A stretch of 64,000 nt of DNA, taken from the NCBI GenBank assembly GCA_001768735.1, contig MEMB01000007.1:23612-87611 (forward strand), read 5' to 3'. This DNA comes from Alphaproteobacteria bacterium GWF2_58_20. GTDB taxonomy: Bacteria; Pseudomonadota; Alphaproteobacteria; UBA1247. Positions 51,271-64,000 of this stretch are shown piece by piece. The notes beneath the pieces are model-generated. The model made no database searches and was not told the origin of the DNA. It was given only the letters and a program-made list of their open reading frames with translations. Position 1 is the first letter of the stretch; each line of letters begins with the position of its first letter. The translations under genes were made by a program, and so were the position numbers.

Positions 51271-51830
51271 GGGGTGGGAGCCCCTGCTGTCGTTGTGTCT
51301 GCGGCGGCGCGGGCATCACCATCCACGATGGCGTCCTGATCGGGCAGGAAAGTCTGCCGGGGCCGCAGGACAAAATGATAGATGCCACGGTACATCACGG
51401 GCTTCCAGATCAGTTCCACGCCATGGCGGTTGATGGATACGATTTCAAATTCCCCAATGGGATGGCCGCTGCGCAGACGGGTGTCATTAAGCCAAAGGCT
51501 CCAGGTTTCCGGGCCTTCATAAGACATCCCGGCCAGGAAAAGGGGCGGAGGGAGCTGAAGCTCGCCTGGAGCCAGCGGTTTTCCCTCTTCCGACATCGAT
51601 CCTGCGGGTTCAGTGTAGAGATCCGGGCTCAGGGCATGGTTGATGGCCTGGCGTTCCTGTTCCGTGAACATGAAGTGAAGTCCGGCAAGGGGAACAACCT
51701 GCGGGAAAACGATTTCACTGTTGCCATGCCGCTGCGCATTTTCCATCAGCTGCTCATCAAGGGTTTGCTGGGCGAAAGCGGAACTTGTGGCCAGCAGGGC
51801 TGCCATGGGCAGGAGGAATTTCCGTGTCAT
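51267..51830 (-). CDS. PilP/MshK-like periplasmic pilus assembly protein
   Basis: Signal peptide, 187 aa. Sits between the PilO-like gene and the ABC ATPase, with 4-bp overlaps. Confidence 0.45.
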   Translation of the reverse strand: MTRKFLLPMAALLATSSAFAQQTLDEQLMENAQRHGNSEIVFPQVVPLAGLHFMFTEQERQAINHALSPDLYTEPAGSMSEEGKPLAPGELQLPPPLFLAGMSYEGPETWSLWLNDTRLRSGHPIGEFEIVSINRHGVELIWKPVMYRGIYHFVLRPRQTFLPDQDAIVDGDARAAADTTTAGAPTP

Positions 51831-52519
51831 GGCGCACCTCCCGTTCCGGGTTCTCTGGGGGTGCCTTCGTTTGCGGCCGGATAGGCTGCGATGGTGGACC
51901 AGTCCAGAACCGCCCGCGCCTCTATGATGGTTGGCCGCTGGCCCCGCATGATGCTGCGGATGGCTTCAGAGATGTCATTGCCGATGCGGTTCAGGGTCAG
52001 GGACCGAATGGTAATGAAACCTTCTCCCTGTTTCCTCAAGGCATCAATGAAAGTGAAGACGTCTTCATCTGTCAGGGCTTCGATGTTGAGGGTGAGGGGA
52101 ACGGTGGAAAGCATGACGCGCGTATCTTCGAGGGCGTTCATGCGGATTTTTTCTTCCATGCCGAATTCATAGGACATCTTGTTGATGGCATATTTGACAG
52201 AAAGGCTCTTGATGGCCTGGGTCGCTGTCAAGCGGCTCAGCGGCGTGAGGATGCCCTGGGTCTTGATGGCCATGTAATCCGGGATCTTCTGTTTGAAAAT
52301 TTCGGAATTGGCGCGGAGATTGCGGATCTCCCGTGTCAGGTCAAGGGTTTCAGCCTGCAGGTTCTGGGCCGTTCCGGTATCGTTTTCCAGCCGGGTACGG
52401 GTATAGAAAAGAAGGGGCAGGAAAACCACCAGGACGATGATCATCATGCCGCCGGGCACGATCAGGCGCTTGAAAAGACGGGAGTAGGACCCGAGGGTGA
52501 TGTGAATGTCCATGCTCAT
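51827..52519 (-). CDS. PilO/MshJ-like bitopic pilus assembly protein
   Basis: N-terminal TM helix (MMIIVLVVFLPLLFY), a coiled-coil segment and a periplasmic domain. 230 aa. Confidence 0.5.
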   Translation of the reverse strand: MSMDIHITLGSYSRLFKRLIVPGGMMIIVLVVFLPLLFYTRTRLENDTGTAQNLQAETLDLTREIRNLRANSEIFKQKIPDYMAIKTQGILTPLSRLTATQAIKSLSVKYAINKMSYEFGMEEKIRMNALEDTRVMLSTVPLTLNIEALTDEDVFTFIDALRKQGEGFITIRSLTLNRIGNDISEAIRSIMRGQRPTIIEARAVLDWSTIAAYPAANEGTPREPGTGGAP

Positions 52520-54153
52520 GGCTGTGGCCCCGTCAGTGTGTATTCAGCTTCCACGAAACTTGGCAGGCTGTTGACGTTGCGGTCAATGTCCAGGCCTACA
52601 GATCCCTTGAGGAGTTGTCCTGCCGCAAAGGAAAAGGGGATTTGGCTGAGGATGACCTGGTATTTTGGCAGGGTTTCCTGAAGTTTTAGCAGCAGGGTGT
52701 TGAATTTTTGTTCGGTGGCTTCACGGCTGGAAAAGGGACCCGGCAGGTAAATCTTGAGGGAGATTTTCATGGGGGTCTGGGGAGGGGCATCTGTCCAGGG
52801 CAGGTTTTGCTCATTGCTGAAGAACCGCGCAGGGATGCTGCCATCTCCATCACTTGTTCCGATGTTGACGCGGGTAATGCGCATTTCCTGGGGAACCAGA
52901 AGGCTGAATTCGGCCAGCACATTGCCAAATTCCGGCGAAATCAGGCGGAGCCCATCATAAACATTCATGACAGCATTCAGTTCGGATGGGGGGACCTCAA
53001 GGGATCCGACATCGATCCTGAGTTCATCGCGGGTGACGATCAGGGATGTACGTTCCGCTTCGTCGCGGGTGATGAGGCTGTCCTGTTTCTGGATCTTGTA
53101 CCAGTTGATGGCGATGGAAAACATTGTAAAGAGGAAAATGAGGCTTGCCATGGCGTAAAGGGCGCGCGGCAGCAGGTGGATCAGCCGGCTTTGCCGCATC
53201 TGGGGCGTGTCAATGACCAGTTTGGGTCGCATGCGGCCGGCAAACCATGCCGCGCACAGGACATCGCTATCGCCATCATTCGGATCTACCGCATGCTCAA
53301 TGCCAAGGTGCTGGGCAACGTCATATGGCGAGACCGCCCGCAGGGTGCGGATGCGCAGGCGTCGTGGATCTATGCCCTTGCAGACATCCGGCTCGGCAAT
53401 GATGAGAAGTTCAATGCGGTCCGCTTCGCTGAAAGACAGGCGCCGCAGGTAGCTCACGGTGGAGGCAAATTCCCGCTCAATGTTTTCAATGATGGTGGCG
53501 AGCGGAGCCCCTTCTTCCATGCCCGGTGTCAGGCGGGTGAAGACCAGGCGATTGTTGTTGATGATGATTTGCCGGAAGCCGCTGGTGCGGTTGTGCATCA
53601 GCAACAGCTTCCATTGGTGGCCATGGCTGTCTGTCTGACGGGTGGGAGAGGGAACGTTTTGGGAGCCGGTATCGAGGGCCGCACTGAGCGCAACGGTTTC
53701 CACCGGCAGGAGGGACATGCCGTCAATCGGATTGCCGGCCCGGTCCAGCACATCAAGCCAGAAGGTAATGGCGGCGCTGCCCGGAACGGCAGCCACGAGA
53801 AAATGCTGTTCGTTCGAGTCACCGCCGGGTTCATCAAACGGAATGGATCCGGTCAGGGGTTCATCCGGAAAGGTGAGGGCGATTTTGCGGCGCAGAACTT
53901 TTGGGCGGTCCAGCATGTTGACGCTGGGGAGTTCGATTTCGCGGTATTGCTGTTCCAGCACATCCACCAGCACAAAGACCGGGCAATGCGGATCTTCGGC
54001 CAGCATGTTGAGGACTTCCGTGTCCGATTCTGGTGCGGACATCCGGACAAAAAGCCTGCGGGCCACGGTTTTGCCAGTCATGAGGAGAAGGAGAAGGCCT
54101 TCGTCCCCAATCATTGCTACAAATTTTCTTCTTCCAAAACGCAGGTTGAACAT
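52516..54153 (-). CDS. PilM-PilN fusion-like (MshI-like) pilus assembly protein
   Basis: ~330-aa cytoplasmic N-domain, central TM helix (LYAMASLIFLFTMFSIAINWY) and a periplasmic C-domain. Positioned between the PilC-like and PilO-like genes. Confidence 0.5.
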   Translation of the reverse strand: MFNLRFGRRKFVAMIGDEGLLLLLMTGKTVARRLFVRMSAPESDTEVLNMLAEDPHCPVFVLVDVLEQQYREIELPSVNMLDRPKVLRRKIALTFPDEPLTGSIPFDEPGGDSNEQHFLVAAVPGSAAITFWLDVLDRAGNPIDGMSLLPVETVALSAALDTGSQNVPSPTRQTDSHGHQWKLLLMHNRTSGFRQIIINNNRLVFTRLTPGMEEGAPLATIIENIEREFASTVSYLRRLSFSEADRIELLIIAEPDVCKGIDPRRLRIRTLRAVSPYDVAQHLGIEHAVDPNDGDSDVLCAAWFAGRMRPKLVIDTPQMRQSRLIHLLPRALYAMASLIFLFTMFSIAINWYKIQKQDSLITRDEAERTSLIVTRDELRIDVGSLEVPPSELNAVMNVYDGLRLISPEFGNVLAEFSLLVPQEMRITRVNIGTSDGDGSIPARFFSNEQNLPWTDAPPQTPMKISLKIYLPGPFSSREATEQKFNTLLLKLQETLPKYQVILSQIPFSFAAGQLLKGSVGLDIDRNVNSLPSFVEAEYTLTGPQP

Positions 54154-54163
54154 GAAGATCCAC

Positions 54164-55372
54164 TCAGATGGGCAGTTGCGAGAAGCTGTTGTAAACCGGG
54201 CCGAGAACCGAAACGATAATCCAGATCATGACGGCGCCAACCACAATAGTCAACAAAGGCTGGATGCTGGCCACCATGCCATCCACCGCCTCGTTGACGT
54301 CACGGTCATAGAAATAGCTGATATTGCCCAGACTTTCGCCCAGGTTGCCGGTTTCTTCACCAATCCGGATCATGCGCAGGATGAGTTCAGGGAATTCCCC
54401 GGAGCTTTTCATGGCGTTGGTGAGGGAATTTCCGCCTTCAACCATTTTGCGGACGATGTCAAGCGAAGTGGCCAGCGAGCGGTTGGCCACCACCCGGCTT
54501 GAGGTTTCCAGGCACTGCAAAACGCCGATGCCGCTCTGGAACATGATGGAGAAGAAGTGGGAAAACCGGGAGAGGGCAATTTTGCGCGCCGTGGGGCCAA
54601 TCAGGGGAATGCGGTACATGTAATGATCAAACGTATAAGCAGCGGTGGGGCTGAAACGGTACAGCAGGCGCGCCCCGATCACCACGACAAAAGGCAGCGA
54701 AATCACCAGCCACCAGTACGACTGGATGAAATCGGAGGCCTTGATGAGGATGCGGGTGGAAAGCGGCAGTTCAAGTCCGATGGTGGACAGGAAGCTGGTG
54801 AGCTGCGGGACCAGGAAGAACATCATCGACATCATCATGGCGAACATGGTGACAAGGAGGAAGAGGGGGTAACGGACAGCCTTCTTGATTTTCTTGCTGA
54901 TTTCATCGTTCCACTTGAGGTGGTGGACGAGATGGCCGAAAGATTCCGACATGTTTCCGGTTTGCTCGCCGGCAGCAATGAGGCCAACGAAAACCTGGTT
55001 GAATACAGCGGGATGCAGGGCAAAGGCTTCCGAAAGGAGTTTGCCGTTGCCCACATCACGGCAGACATCATTGAGGACGTCCCGCATGCGCGGGCTTTCC
55101 GTGGAATCCCGGATGTCCGAAAGGCTGTCCAGAATGGGGACGCCAACTTTTTCCAGTTGTTCAAGGTGTATGCACAGTTCAATGATGTCGCGTGTGCGGA
55201 TGGGGCGCGAGAGAATGGTCAGAAGGCGGTTTTCCTTGACTTCGCCGGCATCGACAAGGTCAAGGCCAATCTGCTTGAGCTGGAAATAAAGGTCGGTTTC
55301 ATTGACAGCCGTGATCTGTCCGCTGAGTTTGCGTCCGGCGGCGTTCATGGCCCGATAACGGTAACGTGCCAT
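54164..55372 (-). CDS. pilC: type IV pilus platform protein (GspF/PilC family, MshG-like)
   Basis: Two T2SS-F repeats, polytopic, ~400 aa. Confidence 0.8.
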   Translation of the reverse strand: MARYRYRAMNAAGRKLSGQITAVNETDLYFQLKQIGLDLVDAGEVKENRLLTILSRPIRTRDIIELCIHLEQLEKVGVPILDSLSDIRDSTESPRMRDVLNDVCRDVGNGKLLSEAFALHPAVFNQVFVGLIAAGEQTGNMSESFGHLVHHLKWNDEISKKIKKAVRYPLFLLVTMFAMMMSMMFFLVPQLTSFLSTIGLELPLSTRILIKASDFIQSYWWLVISLPFVVVIGARLLYRFSPTAAYTFDHYMYRIPLIGPTARKIALSRFSHFFSIMFQSGIGVLQCLETSSRVVANRSLATSLDIVRKMVEGGNSLTNAMKSSGEFPELILRMIRIGEETGNLGESLGNISYFYDRDVNEAVDGMVASIQPLLTIVVGAVMIWIIVSVLGPVYNSFSQLPI

Positions 55373-55374
55373 TG

Positions 55375-57255
55375 TCAGAGCCTCTCGACCATGTTGATGG
55401 TGCCAATGAGTTCCTCAAGGCTTGTTTCGCCTCCCAGAACCTTGCGCAGGCCATTCTCCTGCATGGTTTCAACGCCCTCATTGCGTGCCTGCTTGAGAAT
55501 GGTGCCGCGGGTGGCATTTTCCGAAACCAGTTCATCGAGGGCGGACGTAAAGGGAACCACCTCCACAACGGCCGTCCGGCCCTTGTAACCGGTGTTGCGG
55601 CACTTGGGACATCCAACAGCCTTGTAAAGGGTTGGCGGGGTTGCCGCATCCACCCCGATGATTCCGCACTCCCGTGCGTCTGCCGTGTAGGACTGGCGAC
55701 AATCCCGGCAGAGCCTGCGGATGAGGCGCTGGGCCATGACCAGGATGATGTTGCCCGCCAGCATGGGGGGCGGCAGGCCAAGGTCCACAAGGCGGCTGAT
55801 GGCGGAAATGGCATCATTGGTGTGCAGGGTGGTGAAAACCTGATGGCCGGTCATGGCGGCGCGCAGGGCCATGGTGGCGGTTTCCGTGTCACGGACTTCG
55901 CCGACAAACACGATGTCAGGGTCCTGTCGCAGGATGGAACGGACGCCTTCCGAAAATCCCATGCCGCCCACATCGCGCACGTCCGACTGGCGAATGAGCG
56001 CAAGCTGGTATTCGACCGGCTCTTCGAGCGTCATGATGTTGACGTCCATCGAATTGAGGTAGTTGAGGATGGAATAGAGCGTGGTGGTTTTACCGGAACC
56101 GGTAGGACCCGTGACGATGATGATGCCTTCGGGCCTCAGGAGCTGCTTCTTGAGCAGGGCTACAATGCTTTCATCATAGCCGAGGGTCTCAAGCGGCACC
56201 AGGGACTTGGCCTTGTCCAGAACGCGGATGACAATGTTTTCGCCATGGATGGTGGGGTGGGAAGCCACGCGGAAATCCACCTCGCGGGAGCCGACATTGA
56301 AGGAAAAACGGCCATCCTGCGGGTTCCGGGTTTCCGCGATATTCATGCCTGCCATGATTTTGAGGCGCACGCAGACGGAAGCCCAGTAATCCTTGTGAAA
56401 AGTGCGGATTTGCGTCATGACGCCGTCGATGCGGTAACGCAGGCGGACAAACATGGCGTCCGGTTCAAAGTGAAGATCGGATGCGTTGGTCTTGATGGCG
56501 TCAAGGATGAGGGCATTGACGAGGCGGACGGTCGGGTTCACGAACCCTTCCTCGCCGGTCATGACGGCGGAGGCCGCATCGCCCTTTTCAATTTCCCTGA
56601 GCAACCCGTCAATCGACATTTCGTAGCCGTAATAGGTGTCGATGGCGTCGGCGAGTTCGGTGTCGGATGCGACCAGCGGGATGATTTCAATGCCCTTGGG
56701 GAAGTAGCGGCGGGCCTGGTCAATCGCCAGCACGTTGAACACGTCGGCCATGGCGAGGCGAACCTCGCGCTCGGTCAGGGCCACGGGCAGGATCTTGTAG
56801 CGTTCGGCGATCTGGCGCGGAATGATCTTGACGATGTCGGCATCCAGCACGGAATGCCGGAAGTCAAAGCGTTCAAGGCCGCTGCTTTCGGAAAGGGTGG
56901 CGGCCAACGCATTTTCGGTGATGAACCCAAGGTCCACCATGACTTCGCCGAGCAGTTTCTGGGTGCGTTTCTGCTCCAGCAGGGCGACTTCAAGCTGGTC
57001 TCCGGAAATGAGGCCTTTCTCCACCAGCCATTCGCCGATGCGGATTTTCTGGCCCTGGGCGCTGACCAACCCATGGGGGGGCGGCATGTGCCCTGTGAGC
57101 GTATGGGGCGTTGGGCGTGCGGCTGCCTGTTGGACATCCTCAATCGAAACAGGAGAAATGTGTTCCCGTTTTTGCGCGCCAAGGCTATTGAAAAGCGATG
57201 GTTTTGGGGCATTTCCCGGCGGTTTGCCCGGGGGCGGCGGAGGGGTCATGGCCAT
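55375..57255 (-). CDS. pilB: type IV pilus assembly ATPase (GspE/PilB family) with MshEN-type N-terminal c-di-GMP-binding motif
   Basis: Walker A GPTGSGKTTT and a tetra-Cys zinc motif (CRDCRQ ... CPKCRNTG). The N-terminal RIGEWLVEKGLISGDQLEVALLEQ matches the 24-residue MshEN motif RLGxxLVxxGLIxxxxLxxxLxxQ. Confidence 0.85.
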   Translation of the reverse strand: MAMTPPPPPGKPPGNAPKPSLFNSLGAQKREHISPVSIEDVQQAAARPTPHTLTGHMPPPHGLVSAQGQKIRIGEWLVEKGLISGDQLEVALLEQKRTQKLLGEVMVDLGFITENALAATLSESSGLERFDFRHSVLDADIVKIIPRQIAERYKILPVALTEREVRLAMADVFNVLAIDQARRYFPKGIEIIPLVASDTELADAIDTYYGYEMSIDGLLREIEKGDAASAVMTGEEGFVNPTVRLVNALILDAIKTNASDLHFEPDAMFVRLRYRIDGVMTQIRTFHKDYWASVCVRLKIMAGMNIAETRNPQDGRFSFNVGSREVDFRVASHPTIHGENIVIRVLDKAKSLVPLETLGYDESIVALLKKQLLRPEGIIIVTGPTGSGKTTTLYSILNYLNSMDVNIMTLEEPVEYQLALIRQSDVRDVGGMGFSEGVRSILRQDPDIVFVGEVRDTETATMALRAAMTGHQVFTTLHTNDAISAISRLVDLGLPPPMLAGNIILVMAQRLIRRLCRDCRQSYTADARECGIIGVDAATPPTLYKAVGCPKCRNTGYKGRTAVVEVVPFTSALDELVSENATRGTILKQARNEGVETMQENGLRKVLGGETSLEELIGTINMVERL

Positions 57256-57337
57256 GTCAGGTACCGTTTTTCATGCAGCATCATGTGAATATCATACTCG
57301 AAAATCCTTATGGAAACAAAACGTTTTTCCATATGGG

Positions 57338-61594
<4,257 letters not shown>

Positions 61595-61674
61595 GGCTGT
61601 CCCCGTCCGCCGGCAGGCGGATGCAGCGTGGAAATGTTCCTGTTGCTGCGGCATGCCATCCGGTTTGGATTCCT

Positions 61675-62493
61675 TCAGTCCAGAAGGGAATCAAGGGTCT
61701 TGCGAACCCAGGATTTGGGTTTTGGTGGTGCGCCCTTTTCCACCAGCAGGCGATAGCTGTCCTCATACCATGTGCTGCCGGGGAAATTGTAGCCAAGGAC
61801 GGCGGCCACCTTGGCAGCTTCCTCCGTCAGGCCGAGGGCCAGGTTGGCCTCCACCAGGCGGTGCAGGGCCTCAGGAACGTGGCTTGTGGTCTGGTAATCG
61901 GCGATCACGCGGCGGAAACGGTTGATGGCGGCCGCATAATTGCCGCGCTTGAGGTAATAGCGGCCAATTTCCATTTCCTTGCCGGACAGATGGTCATGGG
62001 CAAGGTCAATCTTGATCTGGGCATCCCTTGCATAATTGGTTTCCGGGAATCGCCGGACAATGTCGGTCAGGGCATTCACGGCCTGGCGGGTTATTTCCTG
62101 GTCCCGGTGGATATCGGTGATGCGTTCATAAAGGCAGAGGGCCCGCAGGTAATGGGCATAAGCGATGTCGGGATGCCCCGGGTGCAGCTGGATGAAACGG
62201 TCAAGCGCCAGCAGGGCGTCATCATATTTGAGGGCCTGGTACTGCGCATAGGCCGCCATGAGCTGGGCGCGTGTCGCATAAGGGGAATACGGATGCAGGC
62301 GCTCCACATCATCAAAGAGGATGGCCGCGTCGGCGTATTTGCTCGCTTCCAGTTTTTGGGAGGCTTCGGTGAACAGGGCATCAGCCGGACGGTCCGGCAG
62401 GTCCTTCACGGGAGCAGGTTTGAAGATGCCGCACGCGGCGATGAGCAGGGTGGCGGCAAGGGCAATGGCGCGCAAACATGTTTTCATGTCCAT
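61675..62493 (-). CDS. bamD: outer membrane protein assembly factor BamD
   Basis: Lipobox LLIAACG and TPR-like repeats. Conserved position between lpxC and recN. Start at the internal ATG 62493. Confidence 0.8.
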   Translation of the reverse strand: MDMKTCLRAIALAATLLIAACGIFKPAPVKDLPDRPADALFTEASQKLEASKYADAAILFDDVERLHPYSPYATRAQLMAAYAQYQALKYDDALLALDRFIQLHPGHPDIAYAHYLRALCLYERITDIHRDQEITRQAVNALTDIVRRFPETNYARDAQIKIDLAHDHLSGKEMEIGRYYLKRGNYAAAINRFRRVIADYQTTSHVPEALHRLVEANLALGLTEEAAKVAAVLGYNFPGSTWYEDSYRLLVEKGAPPKPKSWVRKTLDSLLD

Positions 62494-62539
62494 GCTATAG
62501 CATGAGATGGCCCACAAGGAAACCCGGTTTTGATGAAAA

Positions 62540-63430
62540 TCAGGCGCAGGCGGCGAGGGGTGTGGAAACCTTCGGGCAGTCCACCAGATGCCACGCATCT
62601 GGTCGGGAGAACAGGGTGCGCACCAATTCGTTGTTGAGGGCGTGTCCTGATTTCCATCCATGATAATGGCCAATGATGGGGTAACCAGCCAGGTAGATGT
62701 CGCCCACGGAATCGAGGATCTTGTGGCGGACAAATTCATCCGGGAAACGCAGGCCATCCTCGTTCATCACGCCTTCATCGCTCAGGACAATGGCGTTGTC
62801 CATGGTGCCGCCGCGGGCCAGGCCCATCTTGCGGAGTTTCTCGATGTCGGACAGGAAGCCGAAGGTGCGGGCGCGGCTGATTTCTGCCCGCAACGCTCCG
62901 GTATCGCGGCGCACGGACTGCGATTGGCGTCCGATGGCGGGATTTGGGAACTCGATTTCAAAGCTGAAACCGCTTTCCACGGAGGGACTGAGGCTGGCGG
63001 TCTTTTCCGCATTGCCCACAGTAACCGATTTCAGGATCTTGATGGCTTTGCGTGTGGCTTTCTGGGGCACGGTGCCTGTGCATTCGATGAGGAACAGGAA
63101 AGGTTCCGCGCTGCCATCCATGATGGGGACTTCCGGCCCGTCGATTTCAATGCGGGCATTGTCGATCTCGCTGGTGGACAGGGCAGCCATGAGATGTTCG
63201 ATGGTGGCCACCGTGACGCCATCCCCATTTCCGATGACGGTGCAGAGGCGGGTATCCACGACATGGTCATACCGGGCGGGAATGACATTGTCCCGTCCGG
63301 AAATGTCCGTGCGGACAAACACTACGCCGGTATTCGGCTCGGCCGGATGCAGGGTCATCGACACCCGCGCGCCACTGTGCAGGGCGATGCCTGAACAGGT
63401 GATCCAGCTCTTGAGGGTGTGTTGCTGCAT
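62540..63430 (-). CDS. lpxC: UDP-3-O-acyl-N-acetylglucosamine deacetylase
   Basis: MQQHTLKS ... GIALHSG N-terminus, the HKILD ... GD motif and HALNNELV. Confidence 0.95.
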   Translation of the reverse strand: MQQHTLKSWITCSGIALHSGARVSMTLHPAEPNTGVVFVRTDISGRDNVIPARYDHVVDTRLCTVIGNGDGVTVATIEHLMAALSTSEIDNARIEIDGPEVPIMDGSAEPFLFLIECTGTVPQKATRKAIKILKSVTVGNAEKTASLSPSVESGFSFEIEFPNPAIGRQSQSVRRDTGALRAEISRARTFGFLSDIEKLRKMGLARGGTMDNAIVLSDEGVMNEDGLRFPDEFVRHKILDSVGDIYLAGYPIIGHYHGWKSGHALNNELVRTLFSRPDAWHLVDCPKVSTPLAACA

Positions 63431-63594
63431 GGCGTGAAAGGGTTTTCCGGCTGGTGGACAAAAGAATGCACAAGATGTTTACCAACTGGATTCTTTCAGG
63501 ACAAATCACGAATTGTTGCAAATTGTAACAAAGGGTTTGTTTTTCAAGGTTTTCAGGGAAAAAAGGCATAAAAAAACGGGATACCGGAGGCAAT

Positions 63595-63761
63595 CTAGAG
63601 CATTTAACGTTCATCTTGAATACCCCTGTTGCCTTTTGATGGCCATCCGCCGCGCGTTCAAACCTTGGACGATGCCCGCATCGCCCTGCGGTTTGTGCCT
63701 TGCGGTCTGGCGCATCCCAAGATCAACAGGCATTGTTCAATCTAAACGTTAAATGCTCTAG
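63595..63761. repeat. MITE-like element (full-length copy) with 17-bp perfect terminal inverted repeats
   Basis: CTAGAGCATTTAACGTT ... AACGTTAAATGCTCTAG termini with subterminal imperfect IRs (TTGAATACCCCTGTTG / CAACAGGCATTGTTCAA). Intergenic between lpxC and ftsZ. Confidence 0.7.
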
Positions 63762-63908
63762 TTTTGAGGATAATCCGTTTTATGTCAATGGGTTGGTTGA
63801 GATTGAGAAACAGGGCGTGGGGAGTCCGTCATGAAGACGGATCTCCCCGCCGCTTGCGGCAGGCCGCGGAGGCGCCTGCCGAAGGGTGTCCTGTTTTTCC
63901 TGTTTCGT

Positions 63909-64000
63909 CAGTTGGCCTGACGACGCAGGAAGGCCGGGATGTCGAGCGTGTCGTCATCGGCCCGCGCGGGCTTGGCGCTTTCCATCGGTTCAATGGAAAG
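63909..64000 (-). CDS. ftsZ: cell division protein FtsZ (3' end only)
   Basis: Minus-strand translation ends DTLDIPAFLRRQAN*, the conserved FtsZ C-terminal peptide. Lies upstream of lpxC as in the dcw cluster. Confidence 0.8.

Noticed and set aside
55366-57288. 640-aa plus-strand ORF opposite the pilus ATPase gene
   Set aside because: Antisense to a gene with clear Walker/zinc/MshEN motifs. Its composition is low-complexity.

Overview
High-GC (~60%) chromosomal window that looks alphaproteobacterial: rpsT sits directly upstream of dnaA, and the dcw-cluster tail ftsZ-lpxC-bamD-recN-ligA is present. Housekeeping content: amiC, mrcA (PBP1A), the anaerobic RNR locus nrdD/nrdG, mutM, a crotonase-family gene, rpsT, dnaA (with a perfect DnaA box in its leader), dnaN, recF, gyrB, trpB, ligA, recN, bamD, lpxC, the ftsZ 3' end and one tRNA-Thr(UGU). 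Accessory content, in order: (i) a coupled operon of secreted/membrane proteins at the left edge (MotA/ExbB-like membrane protein, a coiled-coil bitopic protein and a Pro-rich TonB/TolA-like protein); (ii) a MarR gene with a tandem palindromic operator; (iii) a seven-gene minus-strand operon of signal-peptide proteins with two tandem caspase-like (peptidase C14) proteins, an OmpA-like protein, a double-SH3b lipoprotein and three unknown secreted proteins; (iv) a cyclic-nucleotide-gated K+ channel between dnaA and dnaN; (v) an orphan DotM/DotL-like type IV coupling protein pair beside an Ig-repeat protein and an FGE/SUMF1-like protein, next to the tRNA; (vi) an MSHA-like type IVa pilus locus in two halves, carrying an embedded split ABC transporter and a 7TM-AraC regulator; (vii) a class III RNR whose glycyl-radical domain is a separate small gene; (viii) a MITE-like repeat in two copies. 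Many long antisense ORFs in the track are GC artefacts and were rejected.
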